DNA of 64,000 bases, taken from an uncultured Desulfobacteraceae bacterium (GTDB lineage: Bacteria; Desulfobacterota; Desulfobacteria; Desulfobacterales; Desulfatirhabdiaceae). The notes under the pieces were generated by a model. That model ran no database searches and was not told the origin of the DNA. It saw only the letters and a list, made by a program, of their open reading frames with translations. Location of the stretch: contig CAIVVZ010000022.1 of assembly GCA_903909505.1 (NCBI GenBank), forward strand, positions 4,908 to 68,907, given 5' to 3'. Positions 1 to 10,081 of the stretch are shown in pieces (position 1 is the first letter of the stretch; each line of letters begins with the position of its first letter). Made by a program: the position numbers and the translations under genes.

Positions 1-1
1 G

Positions 2-706
2 GGCAGCGATGTCATCTGTTTTCCGGAGATGTGGACCACGGGTTTCAACTGGCTGAACAATGATCGCATGGCCGCTATGCACGATAAAGTCGTTGATCGT
101 GTTGCGAAGATGGCAAAAACTTATGGCATCTGGATCAATGGGTCGATGCCGGCTCTAAACGAGGCGGGAAAAGTTTCCAATACCTCATTTTTATTCAATG
201 CCAGGGGCGATCGGGCAGCGGTCTATCGCAAAACCCATTTGTTCAGCTTGCTTCACGAGGATGCGCACATGGCGCCCGGAGAACATGTGACGGTTGTGGA
301 CACTCCATGGGGGCGGGTGGGGCTGGCGATCTGTTATGATATCCGTTTTCCGGAGCTGTTTCGAACCTATGCGCTGAAGGGAGCGGAAATCGTATTTTGT
401 CCCATGGCATTTCCCTATCCGCGTCTGGATCACTGGAAGATTCTGGTACGCGCCCGCGCGATCGAGAACCAGATGTTCATTGCCGGAATCAATCGGGTCG
501 GTACCGAGGACTTCGGGTCCGATGGCGTTGTAACCTATTTTGGCGATTCCGTGATCGTTGATCCCTGGGGCAGGACCGTGGTCGAAGCCGGAGAAACCGA
601 TGAAATGCTGCTGACTGCCACTGTCAATATGGATCGGGTCAAAGAGATCCGCGCGAACATGACGGTTCTGAAAGACAGAAGGCCCGATCTCTATGAATTG
701 AGATGA
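2..706 (+). CDS. Carbon-nitrogen hydrolase family protein (nitrilase/omega-amidase-like); 5' end lies outside the window
   Basis: The frame is open from nt 2 (GSDVICFPEMW...). The E-K-C triad contexts are visible: FPEMW, YRKTHLF, LAICYDIRFPE. Confidence 0.85.
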   Translation, partial: GSDVICFPEMWTTGFNWLNNDRMAAMHDKVVDRVAKMAKTYGIWINGSMPALNEAGKVSNTSFLFNARGDRAAVYRKTHLFSLLHEDAHMAPGEHVTVVDTPWGRVGLAICYDIRFPELFRTYALKGAEIVFCPMAFPYPRLDHWKILVRARAIENQMFIAGINRVGTEDFGSDGVVTYFGDSVIVDPWGRTVVEAGETDEMLLTATVNMDRVKEIRANMTVLKDRRPDLYELR

Positions 707-724
707 CTCATCGGTAAAACATTG

Positions 725-769
725 CTGCGGATTGCCTGCCGGGATTGAAACCCGACAGGCAATCCGCAG
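725..769. terminator. Hairpin between convergent genes, possibly a bidirectional terminator
   Basis: ctgcggattgcctg / caggcaatccgcag form perfect 14-bp arms with a further 4 inner pairs. It sits between the stops of the C-N hydrolase (+) and folD (-). The U-tracts are weak. Confidence 0.45.
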
Positions 770-798
770 ATTCATGATAATAGCGATCCGATGAAGGG

Positions 799-1707
799 TT
801 ATGCGATTCCCAGTTTGAACTTCAGGGATTTGAGCGTGTTTTTCATCAGCATGGTGATGGTCATGGGGCCGACGCCGCCCGGGACGGGCGTAATGGAGCC
901 CGCGATTTCCTTGGCTGCGTCAAAATCCACATCGCCTTTGAGGATGGCGATTTTTTTGCCGGTTTTTTCACTGACTTTCTCGCCGACCCGGTTGACGCCC
1001 ACATCGATCACGCAGGCGCCGGGTTTGATCCATTCGGGTTTGACAAGGCCCGGAACGCCGGCTGCAACGATCAGAATGTCCGCCCGCTTGCAGTGCACGT
1101 CCATGTTCTTGGTGCCGGTATGCACGATCGTAACCGTTGAATTGGCGCCGGGGCCTTTTTGAAGCATCATATTGGCAATGGGTTTGCCGACGATGTTGGA
1201 ACGGCCGACCACCACGACTTCAGCGCCCTTGGTTTCCACGCCGGCGCGGACGATCATCTCCTGGATTCCGGCCGGGGTGCAGGGCGGAAATTTGACTTCT
1301 GAGCCGCCGATCATGAGACGTCCCACATTCACCGGATGGAACCCGTCGACATCCTTGTCCGGATCGATGGCGTTCAGCACTTTCTTTTCATTGATGTGCT
1401 TGGGAAGCGGCAATTGAACCAGTATCCCGTTGATGGAATCGTCTTTGTTGTATTTGTCAATGAGCGCCAGAAGATCAGCTTCTGAAATATCCACCGGCTG
1501 GGAATCCTGAACCTCGTTAAAACCGACCCGGTGCGCGGTTTGAATCTTCAAGGTGACGTAAGACATCGAAGCCGGATTGGCGCCGATCAGGATGGTCACC
1601 AGTCCCGGTACCACGCCGTATTTTTCCTTGATTGCCTTGACTTCGGCCGTAATTTCTTCCAGAATTTGCTCGCGGATTTCAGTGCCCAGGATTAACTTTG
1701 CTGTCAT
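799..1707 (-). CDS. folD: Bifunctional methylenetetrahydrofolate dehydrogenase/cyclohydrolase
   Basis: 302 aa with typical FolD motifs: ILIGANPASMSYV, VVVVGRSNIVGKP, PVPGGVGPMT. Confidence 0.95.
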   Translation of the reverse strand: MTAKLILGTEIREQILEEITAEVKAIKEKYGVVPGLVTILIGANPASMSYVTLKIQTAHRVGFNEVQDSQPVDISEADLLALIDKYNKDDSINGILVQLPLPKHINEKKVLNAIDPDKDVDGFHPVNVGRLMIGGSEVKFPPCTPAGIQEMIVRAGVETKGAEVVVVGRSNIVGKPIANMMLQKGPGANSTVTIVHTGTKNMDVHCKRADILIVAAGVPGLVKPEWIKPGACVIDVGVNRVGEKVSEKTGKKIAILKGDVDFDAAKEIAGSITPVPGGVGPMTITMLMKNTLKSLKFKLGIA

Positions 1708-1798
1708 GTTGGATCTCCTTTTTGGGTAAATGGTGGGTGCTTCCTGTATCTATCTTATCAACCTGATTCTACTCAACCTTGCCAACTTTTTCCGGAAA

Positions 1799-2836
1799 TT
1801 AAACCGGATAAGGAACCTGCCGGAGCCCTGTTGTTTCATCCAGACCCAGCATGAGATTCATGTTTTGAACGGCCTGCCCGGCTGCGCCTTTCACCAAATT
1901 GTCGATTGCGGAAATCAGGATCAGGCGGTTTCGGGAAGCATCGAGTCTAAATCCGATATCACAAAAATTGGTGCCGCGGACATTGCGGGTGTCCGGCAGC
2001 TTAATGTCCGGACACAATCGGACAAAATGGCGTCCGGCATAAAAAGATGCCAGGCAGTTGCGAATGACATCTGGACTGACGGATTTTTCCGGCGTGGTAT
2101 AAAGGGTGGTCAGCATCCCCCGGCTCAAGGGAACCAGGTGGGGAACAAAGGTGATCGAAACCGGCGTCCGGGCTTCAATGCTCAAAACCTCGTCCATTTC
2201 CGGGTTGTGTCGGTGCTGGCCGACTTTATAGGCTTTAAAGGATTCCTGAACTTCACAGTAGTGAGCGGTCAGGGAAAGAGAACGGCCCGCGCCGCTGACG
2301 CCGGATTTGGAATCAGCGATAATTGCGTTCGGCGTGATCAGCCCGTTTTTCAATAGTGGGATCAGGGGCATCAGCACGCTGGTGGGATAGCAGCCTGGGT
2401 TTCCGATGAGACGGGCCTTTTTGATTCGCTCTCCATAGATCTCGCTCAGGCCGTAAACCGATTCCTCAATGAGATGCGCGGCCTGATGCGGTTGATAATA
2501 CTGCTCATAAACAGCGACATTTCGAAACCGGAAATCCGCCGAAAGGTCGATCACCCGTTTGCCGTTCTCCAGAAGCGGCGGAATGAAAGACATGGGAAGC
2601 TGATGCGGAAGCGCCATGAAAATCATGTCGGTCTGCTCGCAAGCCACATCAAGGGAATAGTCCCGGCATACCAGATCGACAACGCCGGCCATGGACGGAT
2701 AAACCGCGTCAAATCTCGTGCCCGCATACTGGCGGGAAGTTAACAGCGTTAATTCGACGGCCGGATGACCGGCCAGCAGCCGGACCAGTTCGGCGCCCGC
2801 ATACCCGGTTGCCCCAACAATACCCACGCGGATCAT
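1799..2836 (-). CDS. argC: N-acetyl-gamma-glutamyl-phosphate reductase
   Basis: 345 aa. Rossmann start IVGATGYAGAELVRLL and active-site context NPGCYPTS. Confidence 0.95.
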   Translation of the reverse strand: MIRVGIVGATGYAGAELVRLLAGHPAVELTLLTSRQYAGTRFDAVYPSMAGVVDLVCRDYSLDVACEQTDMIFMALPHQLPMSFIPPLLENGKRVIDLSADFRFRNVAVYEQYYQPHQAAHLIEESVYGLSEIYGERIKKARLIGNPGCYPTSVLMPLIPLLKNGLITPNAIIADSKSGVSGAGRSLSLTAHYCEVQESFKAYKVGQHRHNPEMDEVLSIEARTPVSITFVPHLVPLSRGMLTTLYTTPEKSVSPDVIRNCLASFYAGRHFVRLCPDIKLPDTRNVRGTNFCDIGFRLDASRNRLILISAIDNLVKGAAGQAVQNMNLMLGLDETTGLRQVPYPV

Positions 2837-2962
2837 ATTTTTCTCCTTCTGACTTCTTTCTTACAACCTCTATTTGTAGCAAAGACGATCAACTATTTCA
2901 AGGAGTATCGGATGGTATTTTCAACTGCCTGCCGCAAGCCGGACAAGTCGTCTCGGATCCCC

Positions 2963-4327
2963 TTATTCCAGATACAATTCTCCGGTGTCGTCATCATAGG
3001 CAAATAGCTCCGCATGACGCCCCCAGCTGATGGCGATGTCGAGCTGATCTTCCGCCCGGTTACCGAAATCAGCCTGAAGTTTGTTCAGAAAATACTCCCA
3101 GGCCAGCCGATGGTTATCGTCCCTTCGCAGGGATTCATAAATCCAGGCGATTACCGGCATCCTCAGAACCCGGCCGGCCAGCATTTCCTTTCTGGCAAGA
3201 ATGCTGGCCTCGGCATAAGTCTGGCCCAGCAAAGCCAGAAGCAAATCCCCTTCCTGAACCGAAAGAAATCCTAGCAGATCCCCTGCTTCGACAATGGGCA
3301 ATAAATCATCCAGCTCCAGGGAGAGCTCGCCGCCGATCCGGTAGAGATCTGCTCTGCCGTGTTCATCAGAGAGTTTTTCAACGAGGCCCGCCAACTGATT
3401 CAACAGCGCGCGGGGAAGTCGCCGGGTTGCGCCCGGCTGACCCGGCGCCGTTCCCAGAGATTCGATTTCCGGACGGGTCTGACCCGCAACTGCGGCATAT
3501 ACGCTATCCACCAGGCGCTGAAACGATACATCCTTTCGGTGCCGCGGGTGGCGAAGTGATACCTGAATCTCGGATACAATCCGGCCCGGATCTTTTCCCA
3601 TGACCACGATCCGGTCGGCCATCAGAACCGCCTCTTCAATGTTGTGGGTGACCATCAAAATCGCCTGCGTGGGGATGGATTTGTTCAGCCATAGTTCCAT
3701 CAACTCCCCGCGCAGCGATTCCGCCGACAGGACATCCAATGCTGAAAACGGCTCATCCAGGCACAGCAGTTCCGGTTCAACCGCCAGGGCTCTGGCAAAG
3801 CCAACCTTCTGGCGCATTCCGCCGGAAAGCTCCCGGGGATAGGCAGATTCAAATCCGTCCAGGCCGATGGTATCAATCAGTTTCCGAGCCCTGTCCTGTC
3901 GGATTGCTGAAGGAACGCCCCGGGCCTTTAGCGCAATTTCAACATTTTCTTCAACCGTCAACCAGGGATAGAGCGCAAATGTCTGAAATACGATGGTTGC
4001 ATGCGGATTCACGCCTTTCAGTGTCTCGCCCCGATATTCCACGGTTCCGGATGTGGCAGTATTTAAACCGGTAACGATGCGAAGCAGCGTCGATTTGCCA
4101 CAACCGGATGGTCCCAGAAGCGATACAAATTCACCTACTTTCAGGGTTAGAGACACATCTTTGACTGCCAGGAGCTGTTTGGGATTGCTTCCATAACCTT
4201 TGCAGACATGTTCCAGATTCAACAGAGTTTCGGCGGTTTTGATTCCGGTTATTGTTAGCACTCGCTTTTCCTCACTTTCAATCCGTTGTTGAGGTTGAGA
4301 TTTTTCAACCTTTTCAACAATCCACAA
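2963..4327 (-). CDS. ABC transporter ATP-binding protein (NitT/TauT-like) with a long C-terminal extension
   Basis: Walker A GPSGCGKST, signature LSGGMRQK, Walker B LLCLDEPFSALD. About 190 extra C-terminal residues. Confidence 0.85.
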   Translation of the reverse strand: MWIVEKVEKSQPQQRIESEEKRVLTITGIKTAETLLNLEHVCKGYGSNPKQLLAVKDVSLTLKVGEFVSLLGPSGCGKSTLLRIVTGLNTATSGTVEYRGETLKGVNPHATIVFQTFALYPWLTVEENVEIALKARGVPSAIRQDRARKLIDTIGLDGFESAYPRELSGGMRQKVGFARALAVEPELLCLDEPFSALDVLSAESLRGELMELWLNKSIPTQAILMVTHNIEEAVLMADRIVVMGKDPGRIVSEIQVSLRHPRHRKDVSFQRLVDSVYAAVAGQTRPEIESLGTAPGQPGATRRLPRALLNQLAGLVEKLSDEHGRADLYRIGGELSLELDDLLPIVEAGDLLGFLSVQEGDLLLALLGQTYAEASILARKEMLAGRVLRMPVIAWIYESLRRDDNHRLAWEYFLNKLQADFGNRAEDQLDIAISWGRHAELFAYDDDTGELYLE

Positions 4328-4330
4328 CCA

Positions 4331-6079
4331 TTATTCCATGCGATAGCGTTCCTCTGCCAGGCGGTAAAGCCGTTGCCAGAACAGTCGGTTGATCAAGATA
4401 ACGCTGATGACCAGAATCAGTGTCCCGGCCAGCAGGAGCGCATAATTGCCGGTATCTGTCGCGCGGGCGATCGTTGCCCCGATGCCGGTCGTGGCATAAG
4501 TCTCGCCGCCAAATTCAACATACTCCGCGACGATGCTGGCATTCCATGCGCCGCCGCTGGCTGTAATCGATCCGGTGATGATATAAGGGAATATGCCCGG
4601 AATAATCAAGGTTCGCCAGCGGTCCAGCACTGACAGGCCCAACAGATCGGTTGTAAATCGAAGGTCCTGTGGAATGGCGGCAGCGCCCGCAATGACATTG
4701 AACAGCAGATACCACTGGGTGCCCATCAGCATCAGGGCAATTGCGGCGATATTCAGGCCGCCGTAGACGCGCAGAAGCGCCAGCAGCAACATGGGAAAGA
4801 GCGCGGTTGCCGGTATGGCAGCAACCACCTGGACCAGTGGCTGAAGCAGCGAGGCCAGTCGGCGATTGGTGCCGATAACAACCCCGACCGGGATGGTCCA
4901 CAGCATCGCAATCAGAAGGGAAGCGAAAACGCGGGCAAGTGTGGCCAGCAGTCCAACGCCCAGCTCTATCCAATCATTAAGGGGAATGGTCGCCATCAGG
5001 GCAATGGCCATGAAGCCGCCATAAATTAGCGCTATGAGGCCGATGATCGTCAGGGTAAAGCGCCAGGCCGGTTTCTTGCCCGCTGGTGTGTCAGGCGCGA
5101 TGCGGGAGGCATCTTTCCCTTGAAAGGACTGGTCCATCCACTCATTCAGCAGTTCCATCCGATGCTGGAAAAAGTCCATCAGCCAAGACCGGGAAAGAAT
5201 ATCCAGAAACCAGGACGACGGTTCTTCGTCGCCTTCCACCATTTCAACCTTGAATTTGTCTGCCCAGGCCAGTAGTGGCCGCCAGATAAACTGATCCAGA
5301 AGCACGACAACCAGAATCAGAACACCTGTGCCTGTCAGAACAGCCACGAGATTTCCCTGAGCGGCGGCGGTTTTTAAATAAGACCCCAGCCCCGGCAGAC
5401 GAAAATCGTGGGATCCGACATGAAAAATTTCAGCCGCCATCAAAAAAAACCAGCCGCCGGACCAACTCATCATGCTGTTCCATATCAAACCGATGGCGGC
5501 AAAGGGAAGCTCCAATTCTTTGAAACGAAGCCAGGAAGAAAAACGAAAAATGGCGGAAGCTTCCTGCAGTTCGGTGGGAATGGTGGTCATGGACTGGTAA
5601 AAGCTGAAGGTGATATTCCAGGCCTGAGAAGTGAATATCAACACAATGGCCGATATCTCCGTGGCAAAATGTTCCGGGAAAATGGCGCTCAGACTGAGCA
5701 GTACCACGGGTAAAAACGAGAGAATCGGGACGCTTTGCAAAACGTCCAGAACCGGCATCAGGACTTTTCGGGCAGCAGGGTTTCGTGCGGCCGCGTATCC
5801 GTAAAACAGGCTGAAGACAAGCGACAGAAAATAGGCGATTGCCATCCGGCCCACGGAAAGCAGGGCATACCAGGGAAGAGCGCTCGGGGACAGGGAAATC
5901 TCAGGTCCCGAAACAACCGAAGGAGCGTCAAAGGCAAGCCGAACGCCGCCATAGAGGATCGCTGCAAGTCCCAGCAGAATTAAGCCATCGCCGATGGTAA
6001 AAGCGGGTTTTGGCGGAAAGGCGGGCTTATAATAAAATTGTTTCATGCGTATCGTCTGGCGTACTGGAAGCAATTTCAT
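4331..6079 (-). CDS. ABC transporter permease with duplicated (fused two-module) membrane domain
   Basis: 582 aa, very hydrophobic, with two EAA-like loops (ELQEASAIFRFS..., DLRFTTDLLGLS...). An alternative start at 6046 (MKQFYY) would reduce the overlap with larC. Confidence 0.8.
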   Translation of the reverse strand: MKLLPVRQTIRMKQFYYKPAFPPKPAFTIGDGLILLGLAAILYGGVRLAFDAPSVVSGPEISLSPSALPWYALLSVGRMAIAYFLSLVFSLFYGYAAARNPAARKVLMPVLDVLQSVPILSFLPVVLLSLSAIFPEHFATEISAIVLIFTSQAWNITFSFYQSMTTIPTELQEASAIFRFSSWLRFKELELPFAAIGLIWNSMMSWSGGWFFLMAAEIFHVGSHDFRLPGLGSYLKTAAAQGNLVAVLTGTGVLILVVVLLDQFIWRPLLAWADKFKVEMVEGDEEPSSWFLDILSRSWLMDFFQHRMELLNEWMDQSFQGKDASRIAPDTPAGKKPAWRFTLTIIGLIALIYGGFMAIALMATIPLNDWIELGVGLLATLARVFASLLIAMLWTIPVGVVIGTNRRLASLLQPLVQVVAAIPATALFPMLLLALLRVYGGLNIAAIALMLMGTQWYLLFNVIAGAAAIPQDLRFTTDLLGLSVLDRWRTLIIPGIFPYIITGSITASGGAWNASIVAEYVEFGGETYATTGIGATIARATDTGNYALLLAGTLILVISVILINRLFWQRLYRLAEERYRME

Positions 6080-7256
6080 CGTGCGGGGAAATCTCCCGAC
6101 AAACCCTGGCGATGACCGTTTTTAAAGGGATGTTCCGCGTTAAAGCAATTTCCTTACAGTCCTCGAATTCCGGCGATTGATGGATGATGTCATCCTGAAT
6201 CCTTGCTGTCTTGACCCGGACGGTTCCCAAGGAAGTCGATATTTCCCGAATTTCCCTTCTGGCTTTGATCCGGTTTTCAAAACGCCATCGCAGTCCAATG
6301 GAAGTGGTTTCTTTTAGGAGAAACCGGGAAAACCGCTGAAGATCATCGGGGTAGCACATCAAGGTTAACAGGACGCCCGGTCGGTTTTTTTTCATCTGGA
6401 TGGGTTTTAGAAAGATATCCAGGGCTCCCAGGCTTAAGGCTTGTTGCATCACATAATCATATATCTGCGGGTTCATATCATCAATAACGGTTTCCAGAAC
6501 GGCGACTTGATCCATCTCGCAGTCATTCATATCCGAAGCTGCATCGCCGATGACCACCCGAAGCAGATTGGGGATTTCAGGATTCGCCATGCCGGCGCCG
6601 TACCCGGATTTTTTAACCGTTAGCGCTGGCAGGGGACCGAATCCCTTGGCCAGAGTGGTCAGGATGGCGGCTCCGGTCGGGGTCAGTAGCTCTCCTTGGA
6701 TTTCCGTGGCATAGACGGGAAGCCCTTTGACGAGTTCAAGCGTGGCCGGAGCCGGTACCGGCAAAACGCCATGTGCGCAGGTAACGGTTCCCGAACCCAG
6801 ATGAAGGGCAGAGCAATAGACGGCGTCAATCCCCAGAAGCGACAGCCCTGACATCGCTCCCACCACATCAATGATGGCATCGACTGCCCCGACTTCATGA
6901 AAATGAACTGTTTCAACCGCAGTCCGGTGAACCCTGGCCTCTGCCTTGGCCAGTCGGGTGAATATCGCCATGCATTTTTTCTGGATGTCCCTAGAAAGCT
7001 CGCTGGCCTCGATCAGGCTGCGGATATCCTGAAGGCCCCTGTGTGGATGGTGCATATGGGTGTCGATATCGACAACAGCCTGGCAGCCGCCGATACCTCT
7101 TTTGACTGCCGGCTTGAAGCTGAGAGCGTAGTGATCCAGATGAAGCTTTGCCAGTTCTCGGTTCAGCAGATCCGGATCGAGGCCGGCATCCACCAGGGCT
7201 CCCAGAATCATGTCGCCGCTGGCGCCGGCAAAACAGTCAAAATATGCAATTTTCAT
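6027..7256 (-). CDS. larC: Nickel-pincer cofactor biosynthesis / nickel insertion protein LarC (DUF111 family)
   Basis: N-terminus MKIAYFDCFAGASGDMILGALVDAGL and HFHEVGAVDAIIDVVG are characteristic of the family. Confidence 0.85.
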   Translation of the reverse strand: MKIAYFDCFAGASGDMILGALVDAGLDPDLLNRELAKLHLDHYALSFKPAVKRGIGGCQAVVDIDTHMHHPHRGLQDIRSLIEASELSRDIQKKCMAIFTRLAKAEARVHRTAVETVHFHEVGAVDAIIDVVGAMSGLSLLGIDAVYCSALHLGSGTVTCAHGVLPVPAPATLELVKGLPVYATEIQGELLTPTGAAILTTLAKGFGPLPALTVKKSGYGAGMANPEIPNLLRVVIGDAASDMNDCEMDQVAVLETVIDDMNPQIYDYVMQQALSLGALDIFLKPIQMKKNRPGVLLTLMCYPDDLQRFSRFLLKETTSIGLRWRFENRIKARREIREISTSLGTVRVKTARIQDDIIHQSPEFEDCKEIALTRNIPLKTVIARVCREISPHDEIASSTPDDTHETILL

Positions 7257-7545
7257 GAATGAAGGTCTCGTAAAGAGCGTAAAAAAACAAAATCACTTAG
7301 AAAGATTTTCAGCGTGCGAGGCGTACCAGTCCGTCAATATTTCAAGATGGAGTATCGTCAATTCTGGAAGCTTAATCCATAGCATACAACCGAACATCTG
7401 TCATTAACCGATTTGATAAAAACCGAACTTACGTCCTCAATGGAGACCATGTGTCATTGCAGGTGGGAGAAATGGGGTTAAGGGATTTGCTGACATCTCT
7501 GGCTTGCTCGGTGATATAAAATGCATCGGGGGGGGCTTTCTTATT

Positions 7546-8079
7546 TTAAACGATACCTCCTGCCAGGGCGCTTTGGTAGATGGCATGGTCCTTGTCGGAA
7601 AACAGGACGAAAATGATTTTATGGATATCCGGCCAGACGTCCAGGGCCTTACGGCAGGTATCTATCGCAATCCCACAGGCTTTTTCGATCGGATACCCAT
7701 AGGCTCCGCAACTGATGGCCGGAAAAGCGATGCTCGAAAGGTGGTATTGCGCCGCCAGCTTCAGGCTGTTTTCATAGCAACGGGAAAGCAGAGCCGCATC
7801 CTGAACCGTGCCCGTGTAAACCGGCCCGACCGTGTGAATGACGTATCGTGCCGGCAAATGATATCCACGGGTAATCCTGGCCTCGCCGACCGGGCATCCG
7901 CCAATGGATCGGCACTCGGCCAGAAGCTCTTTTCCGGCGGCACGGTGAATGGCGCCGTCAACGCCGCCGCCGCCCAGAAGCGAACTGTTGGCGGCGTTGA
8001 CAATGGCGTCCACCTCAAGCCGGGTAATATCTCCCTGCCGAACTTCCAGTATGTCCCCTGTCGCTTTGTCGACCGACAT
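7546..8079 (-). CDS. Macro domain protein (O-acetyl-ADP-ribose deacetylase-like)
   Basis: VDAIVNAANSSLLGGGGVDGAIHRAAG and ISCGAYGYP motifs. Confidence 0.85.
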   Translation of the reverse strand: MSVDKATGDILEVRQGDITRLEVDAIVNAANSSLLGGGGVDGAIHRAAGKELLAECRSIGGCPVGEARITRGYHLPARYVIHTVGPVYTGTVQDAALLSRCYENSLKLAAQYHLSSIAFPAISCGAYGYPIEKACGIAIDTCRKALDVWPDIHKIIFVLFSDKDHAIYQSALAGGIV

Positions 8080-8097
8080 TTCAAAAGTCTCCCGTTT

Positions 8098-9246
8098 TTA
8101 TACGATTCCGTTTTTCTGAAACGCGGTAATATCGTCTTCAGCATACCCGATTTCCCGCAAAATGGAAACCGTGCTTTCTCCAAAACCGACGGCCGGTGTG
8201 CGCACTTTGCCCGGTGTTTGGCTTAGCTTGACGGAAACGCCAAAAACCGGTGTCGTTTTCCCTTCTTTTCCCTCAAGGTCAACAACCATCTCCCTTTCCC
8301 GGAACAGGGGGTCTTTCAGCACTTCGTTCAGGTGCTGAACCTTACCCCAGCAGATATCCAGATCCCCGAGGTCGCTGTCCCACTGGCTAAGGGTTTTCCG
8401 GCGAAAAACAGCGCGCAGGGTGTCGATGATTTCCATCCGCATGCCATCGTCATACTGCAGGTCGATGTATTCCGGAAATTCCAGATGCTCGCAAAGCTTT
8501 TTCCAGAAGCGGTGTTCAACGGCGCCGATGGATAAAAATCGGCCGTCTGCGGTTTCGTAGGTATTGTAACAGGCATACCGGTGAGATAGCACGGCATCCG
8601 AGCGCGTGGGGATCTGGCGGGTCAGTTGGTGAAAAAAAAGGGGGATGGAAAGAAACCCCAGCATGCCGTCTGTCATGGAAATATCGATATACTGGCCCTT
8701 TCCGGTCTGATTCCTGGCAACGAGAGCCAGAAGAATGCCGATAACCGCGTTCATCCCGCCGCCGGCTATATCCGCGATCTGAACGCCGGGAATGGCGGGA
8801 GTAGAATCAGCCTGGCCGATTAAATCGAGGATTCCCGCAGCGCTCAGATAATTGACATCGTGGCCGGCCCGATTCACATAAGGGCCTGTCTGGCCATAGC
8901 CGGTTATGGAGCAGTAAATGATGCCCGGATTAACCCTGGAAACCGTCTCATAATCAACACCCAGTCGCTGGACCACACCCGGCCGGAATCCTTCCATCAC
9001 GACATCCGCGGTTTTCACCAGGCGAAAGAAAATCTCCTTTCCCTCGGGAGTCTTTAAATCCAGGGAAAGGTGCTCCTTGTTCCGGTTTACGGTTGTGATG
9101 AAAAAGCCATCCGCGATAAAACGCTTGTCTTCTATGGAAATCACCCGTGCACCATGGTCCGCCAGGATCATCGAACCAAAAGGTCCGGGCAGAAGCCTTG
9201 AGAGATCCAGTACGGTGATTCCGGTCAATGCCCCTTTTTCCAGCAT
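8098..9246 (-). CDS. Family III CoA-transferase (CaiB/BaiF type)
   Basis: GITVLDLSRLLPGPFGSMILADHGARVI N-terminus. The 382-aa length fits the family. Confidence 0.85.
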   Translation of the reverse strand: MLEKGALTGITVLDLSRLLPGPFGSMILADHGARVISIEDKRFIADGFFITTVNRNKEHLSLDLKTPEGKEIFFRLVKTADVVMEGFRPGVVQRLGVDYETVSRVNPGIIYCSITGYGQTGPYVNRAGHDVNYLSAAGILDLIGQADSTPAIPGVQIADIAGGGMNAVIGILLALVARNQTGKGQYIDISMTDGMLGFLSIPLFFHQLTRQIPTRSDAVLSHRYACYNTYETADGRFLSIGAVEHRFWKKLCEHLEFPEYIDLQYDDGMRMEIIDTLRAVFRRKTLSQWDSDLGDLDICWGKVQHLNEVLKDPLFREREMVVDLEGKEGKTTPVFGVSVKLSQTPGKVRTPAVGFGESTVSILREIGYAEDDITAFQKNGIV

Positions 9247-9260
9247 AAGTCCTCCGGTCG

Positions 9261-10067
9261 TTAATTTCCCCTGAAAACAGGGGCTCGTTTTTCCATGAAT
9301 GCGGTTACCGCTTCGATCAAATCATCGGAAGGAAGGGATGCCGCGTTTTTCTGGGCCACATACCGCAGCCCGGAATACACACCGTGATCCCGGTTGTAAA
9401 GCATCACGTCCTTTACGCCCTGAACCGTCAACGGGGCAAGCGCCGCGATTTGCAAGGCCAGCCTGCGGGCCTCATCCATCAGCGCCGAATGGGAATCGCA
9501 CATCCGGGTAATCAACCCCATTTTCAGGGCTTCTTCTGCGATAAAGTCCCGGCCCGTCAGGGCCAGTTCGCCGAACCAGCCTTGTCCGATAATGCGCGGC
9601 AGGCGCTGAAGGGTCCCCAGGTCCGCAATAATGGCAATACGGGTCTCGCGAATGCTGAACAAGGAATCGTTTGAAGCGATGCGGATGTCGCAGGCACTGA
9701 TCAAGTCGATACCGCCGCCGATGCAATGGCCGTGAATGGCCGCGATGACCGGTTTTCTGCACTTTTCGATGGATGAGATGCTGTCCTGCAGACGACCGAT
9801 GGTCTGTCTGAGCGCTTCGCGGCCCGCAGCGGAGGTATCGGCCAGCAGTGCCCCGGCTTCCATCAGGTCGAGCCCGGCGGTAAAGCTTTTGCCCTCGGCG
9901 CGGATCACCACCACCCGGACTTCCGGATTCTGGTCAAGTTCGCGGCAATGGGCCTGAAGCGCAGAAAAAAAATCCATCCCCATGCTGTTTCGCTTGTTCG
10001 GTCGGTTCAGAATCAACCAGGCAATGGGGCCTTCATATTCAACCTTGAATGGATCGGCTGTATCCAT
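9261..10067 (-). CDS. Enoyl-CoA hydratase/isomerase (crotonase) family protein
   Basis: FTAGLDL and AAIHGHCIGGGIDL oxyanion-hole motifs. Confidence 0.85.
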   Translation of the reverse strand: MDTADPFKVEYEGPIAWLILNRPNKRNSMGMDFFSALQAHCRELDQNPEVRVVVIRAEGKSFTAGLDLMEAGALLADTSAAGREALRQTIGRLQDSISSIEKCRKPVIAAIHGHCIGGGIDLISACDIRIASNDSLFSIRETRIAIIADLGTLQRLPRIIGQGWFGELALTGRDFIAEEALKMGLITRMCDSHSALMDEARRLALQIAALAPLTVQGVKDVMLYNRDHGVYSGLRYVAQKNAASLPSDDLIEAVTAFMEKRAPVFRGN

Positions 10068-10081
10068 AATTAGTCTTCCTT

